Source of the DNA: Acidobacteriota bacterium
GTDB lineage: Bacteria; Acidobacteriota; UBA890; WLXD01
Length of the DNA stretch: 64,000 nucleotides
Assembly (NCBI GenBank): GCA_963666055.2
Contig: CAXWPH010000003.1
Coordinates: forward strand, 96,001 to 160,000
Direction: 5' to 3'
A program made the translations under genes and the position numbers. Position 1 is the stretch's first letter, and every line of letters begins with the position of its first letter. The notes beneath the pieces are model-generated. The model searched no databases. It worked only from the letters and a program-made list of their open reading frames with translations, and was not told the DNA's origin. Positions 43,630 to 54,008 of this stretch are shown piece by piece.

Positions 43630-45204
43630 CTAGGCGCCGTCGCTCTCCAACGGCCGGTGCTGCTGCCACCAGTCGCGCGCATGTGCCGGTAGCCAGCGAG
43701 CACCGACGCTGCACTTGGCCAGCTCGTCGGCGAGCTGCTCGGCGCTCTGGGGCCTGGTGGCTGGGTCCTTCTGAAGGCATTGCATGATCAACGCCTCGAG
43801 GTCGGCTGGCACGGCGATCTCGGTGCGGCGCGACAATGGCATCGGCGCGGCCTTGACGTGCGCGACCGCCATCGCCAGCGGGCGGTCGATGTCGAATACG
43901 GTGTGGCCGCTGAGCAGCCAGTAACCGACGCAGCCGAGCGCGTAGATGTCGGCACGCTCGTCGATCGAGGTGTCGGCAAGCACCTGCTCGGGCGCCATAT
44001 ACGCCGGCGTGCCGGCGAGGCCTTCCGTGCCCTCGAGACGCAGGTCGCGTGTCTTCTCGCTGCCGGCTCGCGTCACCAATCCAAAGTCGAGCACCTTCAG
44101 CACGTCGTAAGTGCGTCCGACCTTGCAGATGAACAGGTTCGACGGCTTCACGTCACGGTGCACCTGACCGAGCGCGTGCGCCTCGGCAAGCGAGTCGCAC
44201 GCCTGGGTCATGAAGTGGATCGCACGCTCCGGCGATACGGGCCCGTAGCGTTCGACCAGAAGCTCGACATCGAGCCCCTTCAGTAGCTCCATGGCGTAGT
44301 AGAATTCGCCGCCTTCCGTGCGGCCGAAGTCGTAGACGCGAACCGTGTGCAACGACTCCAGGCGAGCCGTGGTCTGAGCCTCCTTCTCGAAGCGTTCCAA
44401 TACCTTCGTGGCTGCGTCGCTGCCGAGAGGGCTGATCTTGTCAGGATGGATCACCTTGATCGCCGCGGGACGGGCCAGGAACCGGTGGCTGGCGCGCCAG
44501 ATCTCCCCCATGCCGCCGGTCGCGATCCGCTCTTGCAGCTGATACTGACCCAGATCGCGCGCCGCCAGCGCGGCGCGGCGTAGCGAGTAGATGACCTGTG
44601 TGCCCGTCGCTCCCCCCAGGACCGACGCGACCAGCGCCAGGCCGAGATCGGTAATCGTCTCGAGGCTCAGAACCGACTGGATCGTGGCTACCGTGCCGGG
44701 CTCACGGCTCAACATTACCGCCAGCATTGCCAAGGGGATCGAGGCCATGGGGATGGTCAAGGCGAGCGTCGATCTCCAGGTCTTGGGCAGCAGCATGCCG
44801 TGCACCACGATCAAGGCGCTTGTAGCGATAACCAGGTTGTAGAGCTGCGCCTGTACGAGCAGCTCGTTGCCGACGAGGGCGCGGTCACGTATCAGCAGGT
44901 AGGTGTGGGTGGCGATTCCGCCCATGGTGAGAAGAAAGACCGAGCCCTCGGCGACCAGAAGCCACCGCGGCCTGACTGAAGCCCGCGACCACAGCAGCGC
45001 GGTGACGGTGGCGAGAGCGCCAATAGTCGCCAGTTGCACGCCCACGTAAGCGTGCCCGGCGATCAACAGTCCCCGTGCTAGCCACAGTGCCAGTGCCGCG
45101 AGGATCAGCAGGGCGACAGTTCGCAGCCGCGTGCGCAGGAGGCTGGGAGCACGCGCAGACGCCGTTCCGGTGCCGGCCTGGACGAGGGTTACGCGCGTTT
45201 TCAT
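43630..45204 (-). CDS. Membrane-anchored (multi-TM N-terminus) Hanks-type Ser/Thr kinase
   Basis: GGMGEIW, AAIK, HRDVKPSN, DFG, GTPAYMAPE, DIYALG. Confidence 0.9.
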   Translation of the reverse strand: MKTRVTLVQAGTGTASARAPSLLRTRLRTVALLILAALALWLARGLLIAGHAYVGVQLATIGALATVTALLWSRASVRPRWLLVAEGSVFLLTMGGIATHTYLLIRDRALVGNELLVQAQLYNLVIATSALIVVHGMLLPKTWRSTLALTIPMASIPLAMLAVMLSREPGTVATIQSVLSLETITDLGLALVASVLGGATGTQVIYSLRRAALAARDLGQYQLQERIATGGMGEIWRASHRFLARPAAIKVIHPDKISPLGSDAATKVLERFEKEAQTTARLESLHTVRVYDFGRTEGGEFYYAMELLKGLDVELLVERYGPVSPERAIHFMTQACDSLAEAHALGQVHRDVKPSNLFICKVGRTYDVLKVLDFGLVTRAGSEKTRDLRLEGTEGLAGTPAYMAPEQVLADTSIDERADIYALGCVGYWLLSGHTVFDIDRPLAMAVAHVKAAPMPLSRRTEIAVPADLEALIMQCLQKDPATRPQSAEQLADELAKCSVGARWLPAHARDWWQQHRPLESDGA

Positions 45205-45410
45205 CTTCCGTTCATCCAGTCGCGCCGGACGTTCCGTCCCATGCCCGCAAGAGTATCTGCGAGTCGCCGACGCGCATAGGGTCGGGCAGGTTGCTGGCGG
45301 CCTGCAGGCGGGCACATGGGTGTCATCCCGTTTTCCCGACACGCTGCTGCCACCTCGGCTACCCTACGTGCTCTCGACGGTCAGACGCAGCGAGGGGGGT
45401 GGCGATCGTA

Positions 45411-46778
45411 GTGAGCAAGCCCGATCCAGCCAGCCAAGGGCTGGTGCGCAATCTCGGTGTGGTGGCGGCCGGTGCCTTTGTGGTGACCAACATGGTGGGC
45501 ACCGGGATCTTTACGTTGCCGGCGATCGTTCGAGTCGCGGCAGGGAGTGCGTCGGCGGCGTTGGCTGTGTGGGCCGCAGCGGGGCTGCTGGGCCTCTGTG
45601 GCGCGCTGTGCTACGCGGAGCTGGCAACCCGCATGCCGGGCGCCGGCGGAGAGTATCGCTACCTGACGCGAGTCTTCGGTCCGCTGTGGGGCTTCCTCAG
45701 CGGATGGACCTCCTTCATCGTCGGGTTCTCGGCCGCTGTGGCCGCGTCGGCGCTCGGAATGACTGCCTATATGGCCGCGTTGATTCCGGGTTGGGAGACT
45801 GACGCTCCCTTGATCGCCGGCCTGGCCGTGACCCAGGGCGCTGCGGCTGCTGCGATCATCGTGCTCGTGTTGACGCTCGTGCACAGTGTGGGCGTACGTT
45901 CGAGTGGTCGGTTCCAGGCAATCCTGGCGTCGATGGTGGTCGCTGCTATTGTGCTCTTCGTGCTGGTGGGCTCCGCTAGTGGTCGGGGGGACTGGGGCGG
46001 CCTGCGTGCCGCTGGAGTTGCTCAGGGTAGTTGGTGGGCAGCGCTATTGCCGGTCAGCTACGCCTACGCGGGATGGAACGCTGCCGCATACATGGCCGGC
46101 GAAGTGCGGCGGCCGGGGCGAAACCTGCCCCGGGCGATCATCGGTGGAGCGCTTGCCGTAACGGCCCTGTACCTGGCGGTCAACGCGCTCTTCTTCTACG
46201 CCATTCCCGAGGCCGACTGGGAACCGGTGATCGCCGTTGGTCAGCTGGCCGCATCGCGCCTGCTGGGTGATACCGGAGCGCTCATGGTCAGCGCCATCAT
46301 CGCCGTGGCGATGTTCGGCTCGGTCAGCGCCATGACCGCGGTCGGACCACGCATTTACTTCGCGATGGCGCGCGATGGCCTGGCCCCGCAACCCCTGGGT
46401 CGATTGTCGACCTCGGGACGGGTCCCGGTAGTGGCCATTGTGGCGCAAGGTGTGCTGGCGGCGTTGCTGGCGCTGACCGGAGCGTTCGAGGCCCTCTTGA
46501 TCTATATCGGGTCGTCGTTGCTGCTGTTCAATGCCTTGACCATCTCGACGTTGTTCGTGATTCGCCATCGGGGCGAAGTGGCCCCACCGGGAGCTTTCGT
46601 TACTCCAGGGCACCCGGTTCCGGGGCTCATCTTTATTGCGATGACTATTGCCGCATGGGGACAGGGTCTGATCTCGACGCCCATTCCCACGACTGCCGCC
46701 CTGGCCACGCTCTTTGCCGGCGGCCTCGTGTACGCGCTTGCCCGCCGCAAGGGGTGGCTTGCGGACGCGACCACCTGA
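45411..46778 (+). CDS. APC-family amino acid permease
   Basis: NMVGTGIF, ELATRMPGAGGEY, YAYAGWN, PRIYFAMARDG. Confidence 0.9.
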   Translation: MSKPDPASQGLVRNLGVVAAGAFVVTNMVGTGIFTLPAIVRVAAGSASAALAVWAAAGLLGLCGALCYAELATRMPGAGGEYRYLTRVFGPLWGFLSGWTSFIVGFSAAVAASALGMTAYMAALIPGWETDAPLIAGLAVTQGAAAAAIIVLVLTLVHSVGVRSSGRFQAILASMVVAAIVLFVLVGSASGRGDWGGLRAAGVAQGSWWAALLPVSYAYAGWNAAAYMAGEVRRPGRNLPRAIIGGALAVTALYLAVNALFFYAIPEADWEPVIAVGQLAASRLLGDTGALMVSAIIAVAMFGSVSAMTAVGPRIYFAMARDGLAPQPLGRLSTSGRVPVVAIVAQGVLAALLALTGAFEALLIYIGSSLLLFNALTISTLFVIRHRGEVAPPGAFVTPGHPVPGLIFIAMTIAAWGQGLISTPIPTTAALATLFAGGLVYALARRKGWLADATT

Positions 46779-46782
46779 TTCG

Positions 46783-47754
46783 CTATTCGAGCAGCTTGGT
46801 CTCAGGGTTGCTCAGGCTCCACGTATACCAGAACGTATCGAAACCGCCGAGTCGCGTGATCTCGCCGTCGAACTCCATGCGCTGCGGATCGAAGCTCTCG
46901 CCGGTCACGTGGCGCCAAACACCATCGTCGTTGACGAAACCGTCGCCGGAAAAAGCTGCAGTGGAGGCGAACAGTGCCGCGTCGGGCTGCCGAAACAGGA
47001 AGAGTGCCCGCCCGCTCGACAGCGCGAACGCCGCGCCTCCTTTGATGCGATCGTGGGTAACGGCGTAGCGTCCCCCATCGGCTTCGAACGCGTAAATCGG
47101 CGTCTTGGTGTCGAGGCGTGGGTCGTCGGCGAGTTGGCCCCCGAATCCGTCCTCACGCGCCCAGTAGTCGGTGTATACGTCGCGTGTGTACTGCTGTCCT
47201 TGAATCGACAGGACGAGCGTGTCGGGGTGCTGTTGCCTCCAGTCCTGCCAACTGACCTTGGAGCCGGTGGGCAACTCTACGAGCTTGGTGCCGAGGTAGG
47301 CGCCGCCTACGGACTCACCGCGCATGATTGCCCAGTACGAGTCGGTTTGCTTGTCCTGCATGACCAGCGAGCTGTTCATGAGACCACCAGACGCTTCGAA
47401 CTGCAGCTCCTCGCCACCGTACTCTCGGCTGTACACGACAGCCGTATTCGCCAGCGGTCACCAGACCGCCGCATAGGCGGTATCGCCGATCTTGTCGTTG
47501 ACGATCTCGTAGGCGTTGAGCAAGTTGATACTGAACGCGCGCGCCTGCCCTTCGATGACGATCCCCAGCATCCAGGCTTCGTCCGGGACATCCGCAGCGC
47601 CGGCTTCGACCCATTCCGGCTGATCGATCGACGGGATCTGGCCACGTGGCAAAACCTGCTTGAACCCGGGTGGTTGCTGCGTTGCGCATGCGGCCAGCGT
47701 CATCACCGGGGCCACCAAGATCCGTGCGAGCTTTCGGGAGGAATCGGTTTCCAT
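46783..47754 (-). CDS. DUF3179 lipoprotein, probable selenoprotein (in-frame TGA at codon 99, 47458-47460)
   Basis: The two track ORFs are in the same frame and separated only by TGA: ...EIVND...AYAAVW-*-PLANTAVVYSR...ASGGLMNSSLVMQDKQTDSYW. Lipobox LAAC. Confidence 0.8.
47414..47457 (-). promoter_or_regulatory. Putative bacterial SECIS element
   Basis: After the UGA: a 7-bp stem CGGCUGU/ACAGCCG with loop CGUGU starting at +21, and a lower stem CCGCUG/CGGUGG. Confidence 0.7.
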
Positions 47755-47762
47755 GTGCACCC

Positions 47763-47935
47763 CTAGCAGGCTGTTGTGGAAGGGTTTCGTAACCCTTCGG
47801 GCGACAGGGGGTGGCACGCGTATGCTGCGTCGTTCGTCGTCAACGATGGGGCGGCCATCGCTCCTCCCTTCTTCTTGCTTTGGCCTCGCAAGACCCTGTG
47901 GCCAGGCCCGCCACACTTCCACCACCGTCTGCCAG
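47763..47935 (-). mobile_element. Diverged MITE copy, internally inverted relative to unit A
   Basis: CTAGCAGGCTGTTGTGGAAG ... CTTCCACCACCGTCTGCCAG. The interior matches the reverse complement of unit A (e.g. gtaacccttcgggcgacagggggtggc). Confidence 0.8.
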
Positions 47936-48053
47936 TGTCGTGACTCAAGACACTAGATTCTCCTACCCACGGTACGGCGGGCCAAGGATCGACGCGGGTG
48001 CAGAAGCAGGGCAGTGTGGCGTGCCTTACAAAGGCTTGCCCGACAAGGTGTCT

Positions 48054-50231
48054 TCAGGCGGCGGCGCTGTCGCGCGCCGTGACGATGCTCAGCGCGTCGT
48101 TCAAGGTGGCGAGGCCAGCGGTGCGATCGACGCACGAGACGCCAAAGCTCTGCTGTAGCTCGATCATGCCGGGGGTCATGCCACCATTGGTGTAGAGCAA
48201 GACTCGCCCGGCCATGTCGGCATCCTTGTCTCGTATGGCGGTGAGGAATTCGGGTAGGTCGCCGGCGCCGACCGCCGCGTCGATCACCAGCCCACGATAA
48301 GCGCGCTGGGTTCCGAGCATGACCTCGGCTTCATCGAGACTGGCCACGACATCGACGTGCAGGCCGGCTCCCTGCAAGGCGCGTAGCATCACGTCGCGAA
48401 CCAGGTCGTTGGCCTCGACCAACAAGACGCGCTGGCCGCCCGCCGCGGCCGTTGCTTCATCAGCGGCGGCCAGCTCTGTTTGCATTCGCGGGGTTATCGA
48501 CGAAGCCGGGAGGATCAGGCAGAAACGACTGCCCAAGCCCTCTTGGCTCTCGGCAGTGAGCATACCGCCGTGACGCTGTGCGACCGATCGAGCGGTCGAT
48601 AGTCCGAGTCCTGTTCCGCCTCTCCCCTTGGTGGTGAACAGCGGGTCGAAGATGCGCTCCAGGGTCTCCTCGGACATTCCGGTGCCGGTGTCCTCGACGC
48701 TGAAGACCACCTTGTCGGCGACTTCCTTGAGACCCAGCGTCATGGTGCCACCCTTCGGCATGGCGTCGACGGCATTGATGATCAGGTTCAGCAGTGTCTC
48801 ACGCAGCTCGGGCGGGTTCCCCTCGACGGCGCGAGTCTGCTCCATGTTGAGCTGTAGCTTGAGCCCACGTGTGGCCTCATGCCGTGCCCAGAGTGGGCGA
48901 GCATACTTCCAAGCCTCTTCGAGCACGCCGCGGGCGTCGACCGCCACGGTGCCGGTTTCTCGTACGTTCTCACCGTCTAGATGGGTCCACGCCGCGAGGC
49001 GCTCGACGATCGTCAGACCCTCCTTGACACACACCTCGATAGTATCAAACCGCGCCATGGAATCGTCATCGAAGGGACCATCGGCACCGCCGCTGGACTC
49101 GGCATGGCGAGTGGCTTGCTTGCGTATCGATTCGGCGGCGAGCAGCACCTTCGACAGGATGTCGTTGAAGCTGTGAGACACACTGATGGCAATCTGCGAC
49201 ACCATCTCCATCTTCTCGGAGCGCTCCATCGCCTCGCGCAGCTTCGCCTGCCGGAAAATGGCGCCAATTGCCTCGGCTACGTGTTGCGTCGTTTTGACGA
49301 GGCTGGGGCTGAAGGTGCCCGCGCGCGCCACCCGCAGCACCACGTGGCCGATCGTCGGATCCTCCAGGTTGACCGGACACAGAAGCAAAGCGTTGAACGG
49401 CAGATCGGCAACCAATTCACGTACAGATTCGGTCAGCGGATCGGTGCGAATATCGTCGATGACGATCGTCTCATGGGCCTCCACCGCCTTCTTTAGCTCG
49501 GGATAGCGCCCGGTCGACAGCTGCAGCTCCAGTACCTTCTCGTCGTCGCTCGAGGAGATCACCTGCATGCTGTTGTCGCCTAGCTGCACCAGCGATGCGC
49601 GGACGTTTCCGGGATAAAGATTCTGAATGTCGACGAGGACGTGGCGGATCACATCGGTTGCTTTGAAGTCGTCCGAGAACGCGGCGCGGATCTTGCCCAC
49701 CCAGCGGAGCAGCTGGCTCTGCAGGAACGTCTCACGCATTCCTGCGCGGCTCGCCTCGATCAGTCCGCCGTAGCCGACGCCAATGCTGAACAGGAAACCG
49801 AGCCGTCCGATGACGGCCGGCGTTTGTAGCAGCACCATGCCGTGCTCGAGGCCCAGGATCGTGCCGTACCCGGCTACGGCAAGGGTCGTGCCAGCCAGCG
49901 CCCACCGTAGGCTGCCCGCCATTCCGACGATCGCCAGGATGACGAAATATGCGAAGAAGAAGTCGCGCGCGAACCCCGGCCCCGAGACTATCGCTCCCAG
50001 CAGAACGCTTATGTCCACCGCTGCGACGACCGGCAGCAGCGCCGGTTGTTCCCAGGTAGCCAGGCGCAGCCGCGATAGCGCGACATTCGACAGAGCCACT
50101 ACGCCCAGAAGCCCCGCCCGAAGGGCGACGGTGCCTCCTCCGCTCGCCCACACGAGGTACGCGAGGGCGATGAACATCACCCAACGCAACAGCATGACGA
50201 TACGGCGACGGTCCTGGAGAGTGGAATCCAT
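48054..50231 (-). CDS. Membrane sensor hybrid histidine kinase (TM-GAF-HisKA-HATPase-degenerate receiver)
   Basis: SHSFNDIL, NLIINAVDAM, DTGTGM, FDPLFTTK, GTGLGL; C-terminal VLLVEAND. Confidence 0.88.
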   Translation of the reverse strand: MDSTLQDRRRIVMLLRWVMFIALAYLVWASGGGTVALRAGLLGVVALSNVALSRLRLATWEQPALLPVVAAVDISVLLGAIVSGPGFARDFFFAYFVILAIVGMAGSLRWALAGTTLAVAGYGTILGLEHGMVLLQTPAVIGRLGFLFSIGVGYGGLIEASRAGMRETFLQSQLLRWVGKIRAAFSDDFKATDVIRHVLVDIQNLYPGNVRASLVQLGDNSMQVISSSDDEKVLELQLSTGRYPELKKAVEAHETIVIDDIRTDPLTESVRELVADLPFNALLLCPVNLEDPTIGHVVLRVARAGTFSPSLVKTTQHVAEAIGAIFRQAKLREAMERSEKMEMVSQIAISVSHSFNDILSKVLLAAESIRKQATRHAESSGGADGPFDDDSMARFDTIEVCVKEGLTIVERLAAWTHLDGENVRETGTVAVDARGVLEEAWKYARPLWARHEATRGLKLQLNMEQTRAVEGNPPELRETLLNLIINAVDAMPKGGTMTLGLKEVADKVVFSVEDTGTGMSEETLERIFDPLFTTKGRGGTGLGLSTARSVAQRHGGMLTAESQEGLGSRFCLILPASSITPRMQTELAAADEATAAAGGQRVLLVEANDLVRDVMLRALQGAGLHVDVVASLDEAEVMLGTQRAYRGLVIDAAVGAGDLPEFLTAIRDKDADMAGRVLLYTNGGMTPGMIELQQSFGVSCVDRTAGLATLNDALSIVTARDSAAA

Positions 50232-50374
50232 TGTGGCGTGTTCCTCAATAGCCAAGGATAGAAAAAGTATATAAACGGCTATTTACAGACCGAAGAACAA
50301 AAAAACACACCCTCGAAGTAACCAAAGGACATGATTGACTGGTTTTGGCCAGTTCCAATCGGAGCGAGAACGCT

Positions 50375-51466
50375 CTACAACTGAACCCCGAGCCCGGGCC
50401 CCAGCCCCGGGGTAATCATGCCTTCGCGCACGTTGACCGCTGACGCAGTGGGATCGTCAAGCAGGTCGAGGTGGCCATCAAGATCGATCCAGCGGATGGT
50501 CTTGGCGGCGAGCGCGAAGTGCAGAGCGGCCGCGATACCGAGCGCGGCTTCGTCCATACAGCTCAACATGCAGGGGAGTCCAGCGGTCGCCGCTACCTGA
50601 TCGATCGCCCGCGCCGCGCTGATACCGCCGGCCTTCATGAGCTTCACCGTGAAGCCGTCAACCACGCCGCCGGCGACCAACTCGAGAGCGTCGGCAACAC
50701 TAAGCAGGCTTTCGTCGGCCAGCACGGGAGGGATGCCTGGCTGCTCCCTTCGCAGGATGCCCAAGCTGGCGGTGAGCTCGGCTAGGCCCTGGCTGTCGTT
50801 TGCCGGCGTAGGCTGCTCGAAGGCAACCACGCTGGCGTCGGCCACTCCGCGGGCAAAACGTATCGCCTCGTCGACGTCGTAGCCTTGGTTGGCGTCGAAA
50901 CGCAGGTCGACGCCCGGTCCCAGCTCCTGGCGGAGTCCGCAGACCCGCGCGATGTCGGCGTCCACATCCGTGCCGCCCTTGACCTTCAGTGCTCGGAACC
51001 CCTGCGCAATCTGATCACGCCCACGCTTCAGCGTCGCCTCGAGCGATTCGATGCCGAGCGTTACGGACGTGATCAGGCTGCCAGGGGCTCCTCCGAGCAT
51101 GACGCAGAGAGGCACGTTGGAGGCGCGAGCTCGGAGGTCCAGGAGGGCCATGTCCACAGCCGCTGCCGCTGCCGGTGCACCGGTCGCCGCGGGCCCGAGG
51201 TCAGGCCCGCGCCCCAACCTCGGGTGGACACCGATCGCCTCGGCCGACAGCGTCTCCAGGGCTTCTTGGCAATCCGTGATCGATTCGCCGGTTACTTCCG
51301 GCGCCGGTGCGGCGCAGCCGTAGCCGCGTAGCCCGGTGTCGGTCTCCAGTCGAACGAAGAGGTTGGTGGCGCTGTCATACGTCTCGTAGGCGATCGTGTA
51401 GGGCTCGCGCAGCTTGAAATCGATTCGCCAGGTCTCCGAGTTGATGATGCGCATGGGGCAGATCAT
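50375..51466 (-). CDS. Enolase-superfamily dipeptide epimerase (L-Ala-D/L-Glu epimerase-like)
   Basis: LKVKGG, FDANQGY, FEQP, LADES, VKLMKAGG, DLDG. Confidence 0.85.
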   Translation of the reverse strand: MICPMRIINSETWRIDFKLREPYTIAYETYDSATNLFVRLETDTGLRGYGCAAPAPEVTGESITDCQEALETLSAEAIGVHPRLGRGPDLGPAATGAPAAAAAVDMALLDLRARASNVPLCVMLGGAPGSLITSVTLGIESLEATLKRGRDQIAQGFRALKVKGGTDVDADIARVCGLRQELGPGVDLRFDANQGYDVDEAIRFARGVADASVVAFEQPTPANDSQGLAELTASLGILRREQPGIPPVLADESLLSVADALELVAGGVVDGFTVKLMKAGGISAARAIDQVAATAGLPCMLSCMDEAALGIAAALHFALAAKTIRWIDLDGHLDLLDDPTASAVNVREGMITPGLGPGLGVQL

Positions 51467-51492
51467 AGTCCGAGGCGAGTAGTCTTGGTTCC

Positions 51493-51918
51493 ATGCTGAA
51501 GATCAACGAACAACTGACCATTCCGGCGGATGAGATGCAATTCGTCGCGTCGCGGGCCGGAGGCCCCGGCGGTCAGCATGTCAACAAGGTGTCGTCTCGA
51601 GTCACCTTGCGCTTCGACGTGGCTGGTTCGCGCCGCCTCGAAGAGCGAGATCGAGATCGCCTGTTGTCGGTGCTGGCGACGCGCATCTCCAACGACGGTC
51701 TGCTGCAAGTCTCAGCGCATGCTTCACGCTCGCAGGCAGCCAACAAGGCCGAAGTGATCGAGCGCTTTCGCCAGCTTGTGGCCGACGCATTGCGGCCTCC
51801 AAAAGAACGCAAGGCGACGCGGCCGAGCCGTGGCGAACGGCGCCGTCGGCTTGAAGGCAAGCGTCACCGAGCCAAGGTGAAGCGCACCCGGGGCAAGGTT
51901 CGCAACCTCGACGAATAA
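51493..51918 (+). CDS. arfB: Alternative ribosome rescue peptidyl-tRNA hydrolase
   Basis: RAGGPGGQHVNK, RSQAAN, and a basic C-terminal tail. Confidence 0.92.
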   Translation: MLKINEQLTIPADEMQFVASRAGGPGGQHVNKVSSRVTLRFDVAGSRRLEERDRDRLLSVLATRISNDGLLQVSAHASRSQAANKAEVIERFRQLVADALRPPKERKATRPSRGERRRRLEGKRHRAKVKRTRGKVRNLDE

Positions 51919-51980
51919 CGTGCGACACTCGCCCCCGGCCCCGCTCATGTGGCCATTGCCCCCGTCTCCAGGAGAGCGAC

Positions 51981-52250
51981 ATGCGTCGTAGTCCCAGGTT
52001 TTTCTCGCGTCGTCTGACCGCCCGCGAGCGGCTCGTCTACGGAGCTGCGACCTTCTGGTTCCTGACCGTGTCGGCGGCCCTGGTGTGGCCGCTGTATACA
52101 CCTTTTGCTCGTGTGCGGCCGTTTGTCCTCGGCGTGCCGTTTGCGTTGGCCTTCCTTGCCGGAGTGCTCATCGCCTCATTCGCTGCCGGCGTGGCGTTGT
52201 ACCGATGGGAGTCGCGCCGGGGATTTCTCGACCGGGACGTCTCCGACTGA
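51981..52250 (+). CDS. Small 2-TM SSS-transporter accessory protein (DUF3311-like)
   Basis: VWPLY...PFVLGVPF; overlaps the start of the SSS gene. Confidence 0.7.
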   Translation: MRRSPRFFSRRLTARERLVYGAATFWFLTVSAALVWPLYTPFARVRPFVLGVPFALAFLAGVLIASFAAGVALYRWESRRGFLDRDVSD

Positions 52251-53716
52251 TGCCCGCCTGGGTGGTGGCGTTCGGGGTGACCCTCGGTTACCTGCTGGTG
52301 TCGCTGGTCGTGGGCCTACTTTCCGGGCGACGGGCGAGCTCCGGACCCGAGGGTTATATCGCCGGCGATCGCTCGCTCGGCTTCGTGCTGATGTACTTCA
52401 TCATGGGCGCGTCGATCTTCTCGGCGTTCTCCTTTCTTGGCGGGCCGGGCTGGGCCTACTCGCGCGGCGCTGCGGCCTTCTACATCCTGTCCTACGCTAC
52501 CGTCGGACTGATTCCCTGGTACGCGTACGGACCGCGTGTCGCCAGGCTCGGACGGCGGTTCGGCTACGTCACCCAGGCCGAGCTCTTCGCGCACCGATTC
52601 GACAGCCGATGGTTGTCGGCAGCGCTGGCGATCATCAGCCTGGTGGCCTTCGTTCCGTACTTGGTGCTGCAGATGCAGGGGGCCGGCTACGTCTTCAACG
52701 TCGTCACCGAGGGACGGGTGCCGCACTGGCTGGGTGCGGCGATTGCCTACGGTGTGGTGTTGACTTACGTGCTCGCCAGCGGCGTGATGGGTGTCGGGTG
52801 GACCAACACGTTCCAGGGCGTATTCATGATGGTGCTCGCCTGGGGTCTTGGGCTCTATCTGCCTTATCGGCTGTACGGCGGCGTTGGGCCGATGTTCCAG
52901 GAGCTCGCCGCAGCTGTGCCGGAGATGCTCGCGCCGCCTGGTCTGGATGGTGCCGGCGACCGCTGGAGTTGGGGCGGATACTCGAGCGCCATAGCGGTGT
53001 CGGCGATTGGCTTCAGCCTGTGGCCGCATTACTTCATGAAGATCTACACGGCGAGCAGCGAGCGCGTACTCAAGAAGACGATCATCTTCTACCCGACCTT
53101 CCAGGTGTTCTTGATTCCGATTATCTTCATTGGCTTCTCGGGGATTCTCCGCTACCGTGATGTGGTTCCGGCCGACGCCATTCTGCCGACGATCCTGATG
53201 TCGATGCAGCTGCCGCCGTTCGTCGTGGGGCTGTTCTGCGCCGGTGCCCTGGCGGCCTCCATGTCGACGGGCGACGCCCTGTTGCACGCCGCGGGATCGA
53301 TCATGGTGCGCGATTTCGTCTGCGTGCTCTCACCTCGGGCGCTCAGCGACGGCGAGCAGACACGGTTGATCCGTGTGCTTGTGCTGGTGATCTCGGCCTT
53401 CGCCTACTACTTCGCGGTTGTTTCCGAGCTCTCTCTGGTTGCTCTGTTGCTGCTTGCGTACGGCTTTCTAGTGCAGATCGCGCCAGTCCTCGTGGCAACG
53501 TTCTACTGGCCGCGCGCCACACCGCAGGGCGTGCTTTCGGGGCTCGCAGTTGGCTGCAGTGTGGTCATCCTCTTCTACTACGTGCCCGTCCTCCAGTGGC
53601 AGCAGGTCCAGCCTGGGATCTTCGGCCTGGTGGCCAACCTCATCACCCTGGTGGCAGTGTCACTGCTGACCGAACCGATGGACGAAGCACACGTCGAGCA
53701 GTTCGTCGTGAGCTAG
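52250..53716 (+). CDS. Sodium:solute symporter
   Basis: FSAFSFLGGPG, GYVTQAELF, YLVLQM, LAASMST. Confidence 0.9.
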   Translation: MPAWVVAFGVTLGYLLVSLVVGLLSGRRASSGPEGYIAGDRSLGFVLMYFIMGASIFSAFSFLGGPGWAYSRGAAAFYILSYATVGLIPWYAYGPRVARLGRRFGYVTQAELFAHRFDSRWLSAALAIISLVAFVPYLVLQMQGAGYVFNVVTEGRVPHWLGAAIAYGVVLTYVLASGVMGVGWTNTFQGVFMMVLAWGLGLYLPYRLYGGVGPMFQELAAAVPEMLAPPGLDGAGDRWSWGGYSSAIAVSAIGFSLWPHYFMKIYTASSERVLKKTIIFYPTFQVFLIPIIFIGFSGILRYRDVVPADAILPTILMSMQLPPFVVGLFCAGALAASMSTGDALLHAAGSIMVRDFVCVLSPRALSDGEQTRLIRVLVLVISAFAYYFAVVSELSLVALLLLAYGFLVQIAPVLVATFYWPRATPQGVLSGLAVGCSVVILFYYVPVLQWQQVQPGIFGLVANLITLVAVSLLTEPMDEAHVEQFVVS

Positions 53717-53777
53717 TGGCCGGTAACAGACTCGGTGGCGCGCGCCACAATATGCAACGAACCTCTGTTACAGGACA

Positions 53778-54008
53778 CTAGCCCCCAAGCGCCGCGGGTG
53801 GGCCGTTCCCGGATGGTGGGTCCGCGCGGCGTTCCTTACTGCGCGTTGCCAGCACCATCGTCGTCAGCCCCAGCAGAAGCTCATCGGCGAACGGCAGCAT
53901 GTCGGGCACCAGCAGGTCGAGCACGAACAGCCCCGCGGTGAGCGCAAACAGCCACGGGTAGCGCAGTTGCGAGAAATAACGCAACAGGATGGTCGGCAGC
54001 GCATTCAT
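53778..54008 (-). CDS. Small membrane protein (DUF6116-like)
   Basis: LRYPWLF...LFVLDLLVPDMLPFADELLLGL; ATGA overlap with the upstream gene. Confidence 0.65.
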   Translation of the reverse strand: MNALPTILLRYFSQLRYPWLFALTAGLFVLDLLVPDMLPFADELLLGLTTMVLATRSKERRADPPSGNGPPAALGG

